Assembly (NCBI GenBank): GCA_963842525.1 | Contig: CAWJGT010000009.1 | Span: 1,280,001-1,344,000 of the forward strand | Origin: an uncultured Holophagales bacterium | GTDB taxonomy: Bacteria > Acidobacteriota > Thermoanaerobaculia > Multivoradales > UBA5704 | Length of the DNA: 64,000 nt | Reading direction: 5' to 3' | Part shown: positions 42,801 through 52,100 of the stretch, piece by piece | Position numbering within the stretch: the stretch's first letter is position 1 | How the letters are laid out: every line of letters starts with the position of its first letter | Notes under the pieces: model-generated | The model's input: the letters and a program-made list of their open reading frames with translations, nothing else | The model's database searches: none | What the model was told of the DNA's origin: nothing | Made by a program: the position numbers and the translations under genes

Positions 42801-45800
42801 CTGGTCGCCTCGGTCGACTCGCTCCAGGCGGCGATCGGCAATGACAAGGACAGCCTGACCACCGAGGTCTCCTACCGGATGAACCTCAAGGGTCCGAGCG
42901 TCCTTGTCCAGTCCTCCTCGTCGACATCGCTCACCGCGATCCACTACGCCTGCCAGAGCCTGCTGGCGGGCGAATGCGAGATGGCGATCACCGGCGGCTC
43001 GTCGATCCACGTGCCCGAGGTCTCGGGCTACCTCTACCACGAGGGAGGAACAACCGATCCCGACGGGCATTGCCGCACCTTCGACGCCGACGCCAAGGGG
43101 TTCGTCAGCGGCCACGGCGTGGGAGTCGTCGTCCTGAAGCGGCTTTCCGACGCCCTGGCTGACGGCGATCAGGTTCTGGCGGTGGTCAAGGGCTCGGCGT
43201 GCAACAACGACGGCGCGTTCAAGGTGAGCTACATGGCGCCGAGCGTCGACGGCCATGCCGAGGTGGTGCGGCTTGCCCAGGAGGCCGCGGGGGTGGGCCC
43301 CGAAACGATCACATATGTCGAGGCGCACGGCACCGGCACCCTGCTCGGCGACCCCATCGAGGTCGCGGCGCTCACGCAGGCGTTCCGCGCCGGCACTGAT
43401 AAAAAGCAATATTGCGCGCTGGGATCGATCAAGACCAATATCGGGCATCTGGACACGGCGGCAGGCGCGGCAGGCTTCATCAAGGCCGCGCTCTGTTTGC
43501 ATCACAAGACGATCCCGCCGATCCTCCACTTCAAGCGGCCGAACCCCAAGATCGATTTTGAGAGCAGCCCATTCTACGTCGCCACCGAGCTGCGGCCGTG
43601 GGACGTGCCGGAGGGCATGCCCCGGCGCGCCGGTGTCAGCTCGCTCGGCATGGGCGGCACCAACACGCACATGGTCCTGGAGGAGGCGCCGGAGGCAGAG
43701 CCTTCCGGACCGGCTCGCGAATGGCAGCTCCTGCCGTTGTCCACAAAGACCGCTTCGGCTCTGGAGAACCTGACGCTCGGCCTCGGCACCCATCTACGGG
43801 AGAGCCCGAATCTCTGTCTCGCCGACGCCGCCTGGACCCTGCAACAGGGAAGGCGGACCTTCGACCACCGGCGCGTCCTGGTCTGCCGCTCGGTCGAGGA
43901 CGGCGTCGAGGCGCTGGAGTCGCGCGATCCCGACCGGGTGCTCGACGGCTTCTGCGAGGCCGGCGAGCGGTCGGTCGCTTTCCTGTTCAGCGGCCAGGGG
44001 GCACAGTACCCGGATATGGGGCGCGGTCTTTATGACACGGAGGAGGTCTTCCGCCAGGAGATCGATCGCTGTGCTGAGATCCTCCGGCCGCACCTTGGCT
44101 TCGACCTGCGCGACGTGCTCTATCCCGGAGCCGACAGCGAGGAAGCGGCGCGGCGGCTCCAGCAGACGGCGGTCACGCAGCCGGCCCTGTTCACGGTCGA
44201 ATACGCACTCGCGCGGCTGTGGATGAGCTGGGGCGTGCGGCCGTCGGCGATGGCCGGCCATAGCATCGGCGAATACGTCGCGGCCTGTCTGGCCGGCGTG
44301 TTCGCCTTGGAGGATGCGCTGGCGCTGGTCGCCGAGCGCGGCCGGCTGATGCAGAGCATGCCGGCGGGCTCGATGCTCGCGGTGCCGCTCCCCGAGGCGG
44401 ACCTGCTGCCGCGGCTGGCACGTTTCCCCGAGGTGTCCCTCGCCACCATCAATCGGGTTGACCTCTGCGTGGTCTCCGGTCCGGGCGAGGCGATCGAGGC
44501 GCTTGAGAGGGAGCTTGCGGCGGAGGGTCTCGACTGCCGGCCGCTCCACACCTCGCACGCCTTCCACTCGGCCATGATGGACCCGATCCTGCCGGCCTTC
44601 ACGGCGGCGGTGGCCCGGGTGCCGCGGCACGCGCCGCGCATCCCCTACCTCTCGAACGTCACCGGCACCTGGATCCGGCCCGAGGAGGCCGTCGATCCCA
44701 CCTACTGGGCCCGCCAGCTCCGCGGCGCCGTCCGTTTCGCCGAAGCGGTCGCCGAGCTGTTCCGCGAGCCGGACCGTGTCCTGCTGGAGGTGGGGCCGGG
44801 CAACACGCTCGCCACGGCGGCGCGGCAGCACCCAACCCGGTCTGGTCACGCGGTGATCTCATCCCTGCGGCATCCCAAGGAACGGCACGAGGACGCGGCC
44901 TTCCTGACCGCGGCGCTCGGCAAGCTCTGGTTGGCGGGTGTCCCGGTCGACTGGACCTCCTGCCATGCGGAGGAGCGGCGGCTCCGGGTTCCACTTCCGA
45001 CCTATCCCTTCGAGCGCCAGCGATTCTGGGTGGAGCCCAAGAAGCCGGATTTCGCCACGAAGCGCGAGTCGTCCGACCTGGCCGACTGGTTCCACGCGCC
45101 TGTCTGGAAGCGGTCCAAGGCCCCGCTGCCGCTGCCCGACAATCTGGCAGGGGAGAGCTGGCTGCTCTTCGTCGACGGGCTCGGGCTGGGCGCGCGGCTG
45201 GCAGAGCGGCTGCGCGAGCTGGGCGCCGAGGTGGCCGCGGTCGAGATCGGCGACTTCTACGAAAGAGCGGGGGAGAGCACCTGGCGGCTCGATCCGCGGC
45301 GTGAGGAGGATTACGACTCCCTGCTCGCGGAGCTGGCCGACGAAAGTAAAACCCCGCGCCGGATCGTCCACCTCTGGACCGTGACCGGCGAGGGGGAGAC
45401 CCTCGGCCTCCAGGGAGCGCTCGATCTGGGCTTTTACAGTCTGCTCTTCCTGGCACGCGCCCTGGGCAAGCGGAACGGCGAGGCGAAGGTGGACCTCCTG
45501 GCGGTCTCCTCGGGCGTGCAGGAAGTGACCGGCGAGGAGCCGCTGGAGCCGGAGCGGGCCACCCTGCTCGGCCCCTGCAAGGTGATCCCGCGCGAATTTC
45601 CGAATATCGGCTGCTGGACGGTCGATGTCCCGGGCCGCTTGCCCCGGGCGGGCGTGCTCGCATCCTTGATCGACAGCCTCCTCGCGGAAGCGGTGGCCGG
45701 CGCGGCGGACCACGTCCTCGCCTGGCGCGGCGCGCACCGGTGGGTGCAGGCGTGGGAGCCGGTGCGGCTGGAGAAGGACGCGGGCCGGCCAAGGCTGCGC

Positions 45801-46982
45801 GAGGGTGGCGTCTATCTGCTCACCGGCGGCCTGGGCGGCATCGGCCTGGCCGTGGCGGAGCGGCTGGCCACCACCTGGCGGGCCAAGCTGATCCTGGCCG
45901 GCCGCTCCGGCCTGCCCGAGCGGGCCACATGGGAAAGCTGGCTGGCACAGCACGGCGAGGACGACCGGACGAGCCGTCGCATCCGCACGGTGCGGCGCCT
46001 GGAAGAGCTGGGGGCCGAAGTCCTGGTGGCCGCCGCCGACAGCTCCGACCGGCAGGCGATGGCCGGGGTCAAGGCGCAGTCGCTTGCGCGCTTCGGCCGG
46101 ATCGACGGCGTCTTCCATGCCGCGGGCGTTCCTGGCATGGGACTGATCCAGACCAAGACCCGCGAGGCCGTCGAGCGGGTGCTGGCGCCCAAGGTCCGGG
46201 GCACGCTGATCCTGGCGGACCTCTTCCGCGAGCAGGCCGGTTTCCTGGTCCTCTTCTCCTCGGTCACCTCGGTCCTGTCGCAGCCGGGCCAGTCCGACTA
46301 TGCGGCGGCCAACGCCTTCCTCGACGCCTTCGCGCAGGCGGAAAACGCCCGCGGCGGCCCCTTTACGCTGTCGGTGAACTGGGACGCCTGGCAGGAGGTC
46401 GGCATGGCGGTCGAGACCGAGGTGCCGGCGGAGCTCAAGGCCTGGCGCGAGGAGAGCCTGCGCAGGGGTTTGTCGCCGGCCCAGGGCGTCGAAGCGCTGG
46501 AGCGGGCGTTGCGCGCATCCATCGCACAGGTGGCGGTGTCGCGGCAGGACTTCCAGACGCGGATCGAGGAGAGCTGGGCCGCGCGCAGCCTGGAGGAAGA
46601 GCTGGCCACGCCCGAGGTGCGGGAGGTGCACACCCGGCCGGCGCTGTCGAGCGCCTTCGTGGCGCCCCGCAACGAGATGGAGGAGAAGATTGCCGCCGTC
46701 TGGCAAGGGGTCCTGGGGCTCGATCAGGTCGGAGTCAATGATAATTTCTTCGACCTGGGCGGCAACTCGCTGATCGGCCTCAAGGTGATCTCCCGGCTCA
46801 AAGCCGAGTTTCCGGGAGCGGACGTCTCCGCTGTCACCCTGTTCGAGGGGCCGACGGTCGGCGCCCTGGCCCGGCTCCTCCAGCCGGTCGAAGAAGGTGG
46901 AGCCGCGCCGGTCCAGGCGATCGAAGAGCGGCGGAGCCGCGGCGCGCTGCGCCGCGAGAAGCAGCGCCAGCGCAGGGTTTAG
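36819..46982 (+). CDS. Hybrid megasynthase FAAL-ACP-C-A-PCP-KS(Cys->Ser)-AT-KR-ACP
   Basis: FAAL LQYTSGST/WLPLYHDLGL/YGLAE; GLDSL; C HHIMGD; A YTSGSTG/YRTGDL; GGHSL; KS VQSSSSTSL/HGTGT; AT GHSIG/HAFH; KR GGLGGIG/YAAAN; GGNSL. Confidence 0.96.
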   Translation: MTRLSDGPLAGASSLVEVLRHRALAQPDRLAYRFLADGEVEEATFTYAELDRKARAIAATLQDLGAAGERILLLYPASLDYVAAFYGCLYAGAIAVPAYPPRPNRPMPRIRAIVADAQARIALTTQAVFATIERRIEDLPDLQALTWRTTDDLPAGPEDMWRDPSVGLETLAFLQYTSGSTATPKGVMVSHGNLIHNERLIEVACEHTGETPCVSWLPLYHDLGLIGNMIQSLWVGTPCTLMSPVSFLQSPIRWLRAVSTYGGHTSGGPNFAYELCVAKTTPEQREGLDLSSWRVAFNGAEPVRQETLEKFVSVFEPYGFRREALFPCYGLAETTLIVTGPGKHAPHVHKSFRGDELSRNRVVEAAAGDEAATRELVGCGAVLGGQDVRIVDHETLIACETGSVGEIWVAGPSVARGYWNRTEETEQAFGARPGLTPGATQSRPPGSGIPDSGEPGGRHSVAQGVNPGRGSEDGSYPYLRTGDLGFFQDDQLYITGRLKDLIILRGVNHYPQDIELTVERSHPSLRPGCGAAFSVEVDGEERLAVVQEIQREQRRADFDEIVAAVRKAVAAEHEVQLWGLAVIKPGSLPKTSSGKIQRRQSKADFLAGAVDLVGEWRESGAGAADAADLEVPDELRTREDVERWLIVRVASLAGVAPTEIAPERAIGDWGLDSLKAIELMHSIEERTGVSLPMESFFGGLTLAEVIDRVVTERIAAPAEGTLVHEGEETGDFALSDGQKALWFLWRLEPASPAYNLPAAVRITSQVDAEALRRAFQALVDRHPALRTTFAVGESGDPVQRVAPASVVDFEVVDAAGWSEEDLRARLDEEAHRSFDLEQGPLFRVRLYLRTGEPVLLLNMHHIMGDFWSLSVLARELGALLLPPSPGGGECGWERGARGVRALRFTDYVRWQRELLAGADGERLLGWWRERLAGELPVLDLSTDRPRPPVQTYRGSAVRFRIDPELTARLKTVGQSRQATLYMTLLAAFQALLHRWTGQPDLLVGSPSAGRGRASLAGVVGYFVNPVVLRADLSRELSFGDLLEQARGGVLGAFEHQDYPFPALVEHLQPQRDPSRSPIFQVMFALQNAPIPELTAFAVGEEGATVELGGLRLAHMALPQRIAQFNLTLSMGESGGSLAATLDFNTDLFDAGTAERMARSLQTLLAAAAVEPGRHISGLPVLAEDERRQVLAEWNATGAPEGEALVHELFAAQVARDPYATAVVYRGERLIYRELERRADAVAARLWELGAGPEILVGLCAERSLELVVGILAILKSGAGYLPLDPEAPAERLAFLVKDAGVQVVVTQSHLGLRWPEGIEVVSPSQPFPMGELNPVGVAGISPGFQSRESGASSDPRSPARGDRNPADEPLPPLPGLMEGDGLPFPGLKARANSGRPYGADFTPMGQGGEGSACLIYTSGSTGEPKGVLLTHRNLAGLIASFVRDYAPGSGDAVLPLTSVASASFVGEVLPALAAGAAVVLPDKEELLDFEKLTSLIAASGVSILSTVPSLLAGLNAMKDRLPKLRLLLSGGEALSAGDVDRLLGTTEIVNGYGLTETTICSTIHRVERIDFERGTIPIGQPVLGHQAYVLDGHLEPRPVGCPGELFLAGCGLARGYHGNPAGTAERFLPDPFAPDSRMYRTGDLARWRPDGSLEYLGRADQQVKIRGFRIELGEIESVLGRHPAVREAAVVARQDTGEKRLAAYVVFREGESATAGDLLAFLREKLPEAMIPAAFVPLPALPLTANGKLDVKALPVPEQLRPELAHAYVAPRGDLERIIAEVWRGALQVEKVGIHDNFFDLGGHSLLMTRVHARLKEVLPADLSLIDLFRYPTISSLARFLAPGDAAPVLPTRPVRQRGEREDIAIIAMSGRFPGARTANELWRNLVDRVESIHRFTDEELLAAGIDAEMVANPNYIKAKGILGDIEMFDASFFGHNPRSAELTDPQHRVFLECAWEALELAGYDPDRYPGRIGVFAGQSMNTYWLSNLYYHVDLVASVDSLQAAIGNDKDSLTTEVSYRMNLKGPSVLVQSSSSTSLTAIHYACQSLLAGECEMAITGGSSIHVPEVSGYLYHEGGTTDPDGHCRTFDADAKGFVSGHGVGVVVLKRLSDALADGDQVLAVVKGSACNNDGAFKVSYMAPSVDGHAEVVRLAQEAAGVGPETITYVEAHGTGTLLGDPIEVAALTQAFRAGTDKKQYCALGSIKTNIGHLDTAAGAAGFIKAALCLHHKTIPPILHFKRPNPKIDFESSPFYVATELRPWDVPEGMPRRAGVSSLGMGGTNTHMVLEEAPEAEPSGPAREWQLLPLSTKTASALENLTLGLGTHLRESPNLCLADAAWTLQQGRRTFDHRRVLVCRSVEDGVEALESRDPDRVLDGFCEAGERSVAFLFSGQGAQYPDMGRGLYDTEEVFRQEIDRCAEILRPHLGFDLRDVLYPGADSEEAARRLQQTAVTQPALFTVEYALARLWMSWGVRPSAMAGHSIGEYVAACLAGVFALEDALALVAERGRLMQSMPAGSMLAVPLPEADLLPRLARFPEVSLATINRVDLCVVSGPGEAIEALERELAAEGLDCRPLHTSHAFHSAMMDPILPAFTAAVARVPRHAPRIPYLSNVTGTWIRPEEAVDPTYWARQLRGAVRFAEAVAELFREPDRVLLEVGPGNTLATAARQHPTRSGHAVISSLRHPKERHEDAAFLTAALGKLWLAGVPVDWTSCHAEERRLRVPLPTYPFERQRFWVEPKKPDFATKRESSDLADWFHAPVWKRSKAPLPLPDNLAGESWLLFVDGLGLGARLAERLRELGAEVAAVEIGDFYERAGESTWRLDPRREEDYDSLLAELADESKTPRRIVHLWTVTGEGETLGLQGALDLGFYSLLFLARALGKRNGEAKVDLLAVSSGVQEVTGEEPLEPERATLLGPCKVIPREFPNIGCWTVDVPGRLPRAGVLASLIDSLLAEAVAGAADHVLAWRGAHRWVQAWEPVRLEKDAGRPRLREGGVYLLTGGLGGIGLAVAERLATTWRAKLILAGRSGLPERATWESWLAQHGEDDRTSRRIRTVRRLEELGAEVLVAAADSSDRQAMAGVKAQSLARFGRIDGVFHAAGVPGMGLIQTKTREAVERVLAPKVRGTLILADLFREQAGFLVLFSSVTSVLSQPGQSDYAAANAFLDAFAQAENARGGPFTLSVNWDAWQEVGMAVETEVPAELKAWREESLRRGLSPAQGVEALERALRASIAQVAVSRQDFQTRIEESWAARSLEEELATPEVREVHTRPALSSAFVAPRNEMEEKIAAVWQGVLGLDQVGVNDNFFDLGGNSLIGLKVISRLKAEFPGADVSAVTLFEGPTVGALARLLQPVEEGGAAPVQAIEERRSRGALRREKQRQRRV
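38114..38222. repeat. Inverted palindromic pair (family C) in frame in the FAAL domain
   Basis: ccccgggttgacacccggggctacc...gccctccgggct and agcccggagggc...ggtagcccagggtgtgaaccctggg. Confidence 0.85.
39462..39519. repeat. Family A element in frame in the C domain
   Basis: Encodes PPSPGGGECGWERGARGVR; near-identical to 10688-10746. Confidence 0.9.
40784..41047. repeat. Nested palindromic insertion (family D within family A remnants) in frame in the A domain
   Basis: ccccgtaggggtggccggaattagcccgggatttcaatcccggg (40817-40860) inverted with 40970-41015; inner arms at ~40888 and ~40924; ends ggccaggggggtgaggg. Confidence 0.85.
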
Positions 46983-47001
46983 ATTAGAAAAGGAGTCTGC
47001 A

Positions 47002-47934
47002 ATGAGAAGAGCATTCGCCGCCGCGCTTCTGGTCCTGGCGGTCGTAGGGTCCGCCGCGGCCCAGGTGATCAAAGATCTCCCGGGCGACCTCGACGCGCTC
47101 GTGGCTGCGGAGCGCGCCTTCGCGAAGGCGTCCGTGGAGAAGGGGATGATGGACGCCTTCCGCGCCTACATCGCGGACGACTCCGTCCTGTTCCGTCCCG
47201 GGCCGGTGCCCGGCAAGCAGTGGCTGGGGACCCGTCCGAATCCGCCCATCACCCTGGACTGGCGGCCGGTCCACGCCGACATCGCCCGCTCCGGCGACCT
47301 CGGCTGGACCACGGGCCCCTTCGAGATCAGCCGTTCGGGGTCGGACCAGAAGACCCACGGCCACTACATGACGATCTGGCGCAAGCAGCCGGATGGCAAT
47401 TTCCGGTTCGTCATCGACATTGGAATCGGGACTCCGACAGCGGCGCCCGCGGGCGGCGAGCCCGGGCCGCTCAAGCCGGAGAAGGAGGGCGGCGCGCCGG
47501 CCGTTGATGCGAAAGCGACCGAAGCGTCGTTGCTGGAAACCGACCGGACCCTGGCGAAGAACGGAGTCGCGCAGGGGATCGCATCCGCTTTCTCGCCGGT
47601 CCTCGCCACGGACGCCCGGCTGATGCGCAATGGCGCGCAACCCTCCGCCGGCAAGGAAGCGGTCCAGAAGGCGCTGGCGGAAGAGAAGGCGCGTTTCACC
47701 TGGGAGCCGATCGCCGCGCACGCCTCGGCCGCGGGCGACCTCGGCTACGTCTACGGCACCTACGAGCGCACCGAAGGAGAAGCAACGGAGAAGGGGCACT
47801 ACGTGAGGATCTGGGACCGCGCACCGGGAGGCCCCTGGAAGCTGTCCATGGACATCATCAATCCCCTCCCTCCGCCGCCACCCCCGGCGGCTCCGGCACC
47901 GCCGCCGCCTGCCGAGAAGCCGCCCCAGGTCTGA
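47002..47934 (+). CDS. Secreted tandem NTF2-like (DUF4440) protein with a Pro-rich tail
   Basis: Signal peptide; two repeats of W.P....A.SGDLG...G.Y..IW; RBS aggag. Confidence 0.8.
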   Translation: MRRAFAAALLVLAVVGSAAAQVIKDLPGDLDALVAAERAFAKASVEKGMMDAFRAYIADDSVLFRPGPVPGKQWLGTRPNPPITLDWRPVHADIARSGDLGWTTGPFEISRSGSDQKTHGHYMTIWRKQPDGNFRFVIDIGIGTPTAAPAGGEPGPLKPEKEGGAPAVDAKATEASLLETDRTLAKNGVAQGIASAFSPVLATDARLMRNGAQPSAGKEAVQKALAEEKARFTWEPIAAHASAAGDLGYVYGTYERTEGEATEKGHYVRIWDRAPGGPWKLSMDIINPLPPPPPPAAPAPPPPAEKPPQV

Positions 47935-47949
47935 TCGCTCGCGAGAGCA

Positions 47950-48870
47950 CTATCCGAGCCCGATCTCCTCGAAGGATCGGGCTCGGAGCACGTCTCCCGC
48001 CAGGCGTGTCAGGCGATCCAGGGATTCGATCTCCTCGACTTGTCGGCGGATGCGATCGGGGATGGCTCCAAAGCGCTCGCCGAGCAGATGGAGGACGACC
48101 CGCCGGGCTCCCTGCTCCTGCCCCTCTTGCCTGCCCGTCTGCATTCCCTCTTCACGTCCTTGCGCGATCATTCGTTCCGCCCAGGTCATTGCCATGGTTT
48201 GAACCTCCTGATTCTCGTCGAGGTGGCTCAGGGACTGAAGCTCCGCGGCCTCCTCGGGGTTCAATTCTAAATACGACTCGACGCAGTTGACCAGTAGGAG
48301 TCTTTGGACATCGCTCAACTCGGCAGAAGCGATCTTCCGCAGACAGGTGAGCTTGTGGTGGACGCGGCTGAGGGTCCCGCGGTCCATCAGAGCCGCTAGA
48401 CCCCAAGCCAGAGGCTCCGGCCTGGTGAGGTATGCAGTGGCGCTGCAACCGGCGAGGCCGAAGCTGAAATAGTGGAATCCTTCGAGCTCCGGCCCGAGGA
48501 GGTCGTCGTCCAAGACCTCCAGGTGGATGCCTGGCTTCCCCCTTCGCACGTTGACCACGATAGGTAGGACCCGGCAGTTGTGCAAGGCCTGGATCTGGTT
48601 CCGGTAGCCCCACATGCGTCGTCCCATTCCATCCGTCGCGCGGGCCTCGATCTCCACGTGCACCAGCAGGAAATCGTCGCTGTCCTGAAGATCGACCTTC
48701 GCGAGCAGGTCGACCTCGCGGCGCGTCCCCTTCAGCCAGTCGGTGAAGAGCTCCTTGTCCAGGAAGGTGGGGCAGGAGAGATCGAGCCGCTCCGTGATCC
48801 TGGGGAAGACCAGGCGGAGGAGGTCGGGTAGGAAGGCCCGGAACAGGCCCTTGAAGATCCGGTCGTGCAT
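47950..48870 (-). CDS. Rpn-family PD-(D/E)xK nuclease / DUF4351 protein
   Basis: HDRIFKGLF, VDLLAKV, VHVEIE; GREEG repeat and C-terminal LGERFG. Confidence 0.82.
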   Translation of the reverse strand: MHDRIFKGLFRAFLPDLLRLVFPRITERLDLSCPTFLDKELFTDWLKGTRREVDLLAKVDLQDSDDFLLVHVEIEARATDGMGRRMWGYRNQIQALHNCRVLPIVVNVRRGKPGIHLEVLDDDLLGPELEGFHYFSFGLAGCSATAYLTRPEPLAWGLAALMDRGTLSRVHHKLTCLRKIASAELSDVQRLLLVNCVESYLELNPEEAAELQSLSHLDENQEVQTMAMTWAERMIAQGREEGMQTGRQEGQEQGARRVVLHLLGERFGAIPDRIRRQVEEIESLDRLTRLAGDVLRARSFEEIGLG

Positions 48871-49139
48871 GACGCGGCGTCTCCCGGAGGACAGGCCGCC
48901 GCCCGTCGGCGCGCACGCCTCCGTGTCTACCCCTTAAAAAGACGAAAAACGGCAGCCGAATCTTGCATAACTCGCCAAAGTTGTTGAAATTTGTCGGAAC
49001 CGGGGCGGGGGGGGCCATGCGCCGGTCTCGTCTGCTTGTGGCCTCCACCCCTGCTGAGGGGCCATGCTACCCTTCCTCGTTCCGACCTCTGGGGCGCTTA
49101 TGGGTCTCGCCCGGCACCTATAGGTAAGAAGAGGACGAT

Positions 49140-52100
49140 ATGGATACTCTCGATCGGATCGCAATCATCGGGATGGCCGGACGTTTCCCCGGCGCGAGGG
49201 ACGTCGACGAGCTGTGGCGCAATCTGCGCGGCGGGGTCGAGTCGATCACCCGGTTCACCGAGGAGGAGCTGGCCGCCAACGGGGTGGCTCCCGAGCTGCT
49301 CGCCGACCCGGCCTACGTGAGGGCCCGCGGGGTGCTCGACGGCGTGGAGCTGTTCGACGCCGAATTCTTCGGCTTCACGCCGCGCGAGGCGGAGCTGATG
49401 GACCCCCAGCACCGGCTCTTCCTCGAATGCGCCTGGCAGGCCTGCGAGAACGCCGGCTATGACCCGCAGGGCTTCGCGGGGCGGGTCGGCGTCTTCGGAG
49501 GCTCGGCCTCGACCAGCTATTTCGCCTTCAATCTCCTGTCGAATCCATCCCTCCTCGCCGAGGCCGGCGGGCTCCAGATCAAGCTCTTGAACGACAAGGA
49601 CTTCCTGACCACCCATACCTCGTACAAGCTCAACCTGCGCGGTCCCAGCGTGGCGGTGCAGACGGCCTGCTCGACCTCGCTCGTGGCGATCCACATCGCC
49701 TGCCAGGCGCTGCTCGGCGGCGAGTGCGACCTGGCGCTGGCCGGCGGGGTCGGGGTGAGCTTCCCGCACCGCACCGGCTATCTCTTCGAGGAGGGGAACA
49801 TCGGCTCGCCGGACGGCCACTGCCGGGCTTTCGACGAGAATGCCCGCGGGACGGTCGAGGGGAACGGCGCCGGTGTGGTGCTGCTCAAGCGCCTGGCCGA
49901 TGCGCTGGCCGACGGCGATACGGTGCATGCGGTGATCCTGGGCTCGGCCATCAACAACGACGGCGCGGCCAAGGCGGGCTATACGGCGCCGAGTGTCGAG
50001 AGCCAGACCGAGGCGGTGGCGGAGGCCCTGGTCGTCGCCCAGGTCGAGCCGGACACGATCGGCTATGTCGAGGCGCACGGCAGCGGCACCCCGCTGGGCG
50101 ATCCGATCGAGGTGCAGGCGCTGACGCGCGCCTTCCGCGCCTCGACCGACCGCCAGGGATTCTGCGGCCTCGGCTCGATCAAGACCAATATCGGGCACGC
50201 GGACGCCGCCGCGGGGGTGGCCGGTCTGATCAAGACGGTGCAGGCCCTGAAGCACGGCCAGATCCCGCCGAGCCTCCACTTCGAGCGGCCCAATCCGGCC
50301 CTTGGCCTGGAGGAGAGCCCGTTCTACGTCAGCACCGCCCTGCGCGACTGGCCGGTGGGAGCTGAGCCGCGCCGGGCCGGCGTCAATTCGCTGGGGATCG
50401 GCGGCACGAACGCGCACATCGTGCTCGAAGAGGCCCCGCCGCCGGAGCCGTCTTCTCCCTCGCGGCCCTGGCAGCTTCTCGTGCTGTCGGCCCGCACCGC
50501 GTCCGCCCTGGACGCGGCGACGGCGAACCTGGCAGGCTGGTTGGAAGACTCCGAGCGATCGATCAATCTCGCAGACGCGACCCACACGTTGCGGGTGGGA
50601 CGCAAGACTTTTCGCTATCGCCGCGCCCTGGTCTGCCGCGATGGAGAAGAGGCAGCCCGTCTCCTCCGGAACGCAGAGCCGGGACGGCTGATCACCGCCG
50701 ATGCCGGGACCTCCGGAGAAGAGGCGCCGGGCGTCGCCTTCCTGTTTCCCGGGCTCGGGGACCATTACGCCGGGATGGGTGCCGAGCTGTACCAGCGCGA
50801 GCCGGTCTTCCGCGAGGCGATCGACCGCTGCGCCGAGCTGCTCCGTCCCCACCTGGGCGTCGACATCCGCGAGGTGCTCTATCCCGAAGGGGCCGCCGAG
50901 CCCCCTTCCGGCCCTCCTGGAACGTCGGCGAAGTCCGACCTGCGCCGCCTCCTTGCCGAGGAGAAGGAGCCCGGGGACGACGGGCTCGGGCAGACCCTCG
51001 TGGCCCATCCCGCGGTCTTCGCCGTCGAGTATGCTCTGGCGCAGCTCTGGATGGAGTGGGGCATCCGCCCGCAGGCCCTGCTCGGCTACAGCCTGGGCGA
51101 GTACGTGGCCGCCTGCCTCGCCGGGGTCTTCTCCCTGGAGGACGCCCTCGCCCTGGTCGCCGCACGCGCCCGGCTGATCGACGGCCTGCCGGGCGGCGCC
51201 ATGCTGGCCGTGCCGCTGCCGGCCGCCGAGGTCGAGCCCCTGCTGCGGTTACTGCCGGCGGAGCTCTCTCTGTGCGCCGCGAACGGTCCGGCCCTCTCGG
51301 TCGTCGGCGGCCCGTCCGCGGCGGTGGAGGAGCTGGCACGCGGGCTCGCCGCGCGGGGAATCGCCAGCCGCCGCCTCCAGACGGTACACGCCTTCCATTC
51401 GCGGATGATGGAGCCGGTCGTCGCGGACCTCGCGCGGGTGGCACGCGGCATCACCTTCGCGCCGCCGCGCATCCCCTTTGTCTCGAATGTGACCGGCACC
51501 TGGATCACCGATGCCGAGGCGACCGATCCCGGCTACTGGGCGCGGCACCTGCGCGAGACGGTCCGCTTCGCCGAAGGGCTGGAAGCGCTGATGGCTCGGG
51601 CAGATGCGGGAGACAGACCGCGCATCCTCCTCGAGGTCGGGCCCGGCCAGGCCCTCGGCACCCTCGCCCGGCAGCACCCCGCGCGGCCCGCCGGGCAGGT
51701 CGAGGTCTCCTCGCTGCGCGACCGTCGTGACGACGTCTCCGACCAGGCGTTCCTGCTCGACGCCCTCGGCCGTCTCTGGCTCGCCGGCGCGGCACCGGAC
51801 TGGACCGCTTTCGCCGCCGGAGAGAGCCGCCGCCGCGTGCCGCTGCCGACCTATCCCTTCGAGCGGCGCCGTTACTTCATCGAGCCCGGAGCCGTGAATG
51901 CCGCCGCGCCGGGGGCCGGCTCCCGGAGCCCCCTCGACGACTGGTTCTACACCCCGGTCTGGGAGCGTGCGCCCGCGCTGGCGTCACCCGCCCTTGAGCC
52001 GGACAGTCCCTGGATGTTGTTCCTCGACGAGCTTGGCCTGGGCGAGCGCGTGGCTGCACGGCTGGAGGCGCACGGACATACCGTGTTCCGCGTCGCGAAG

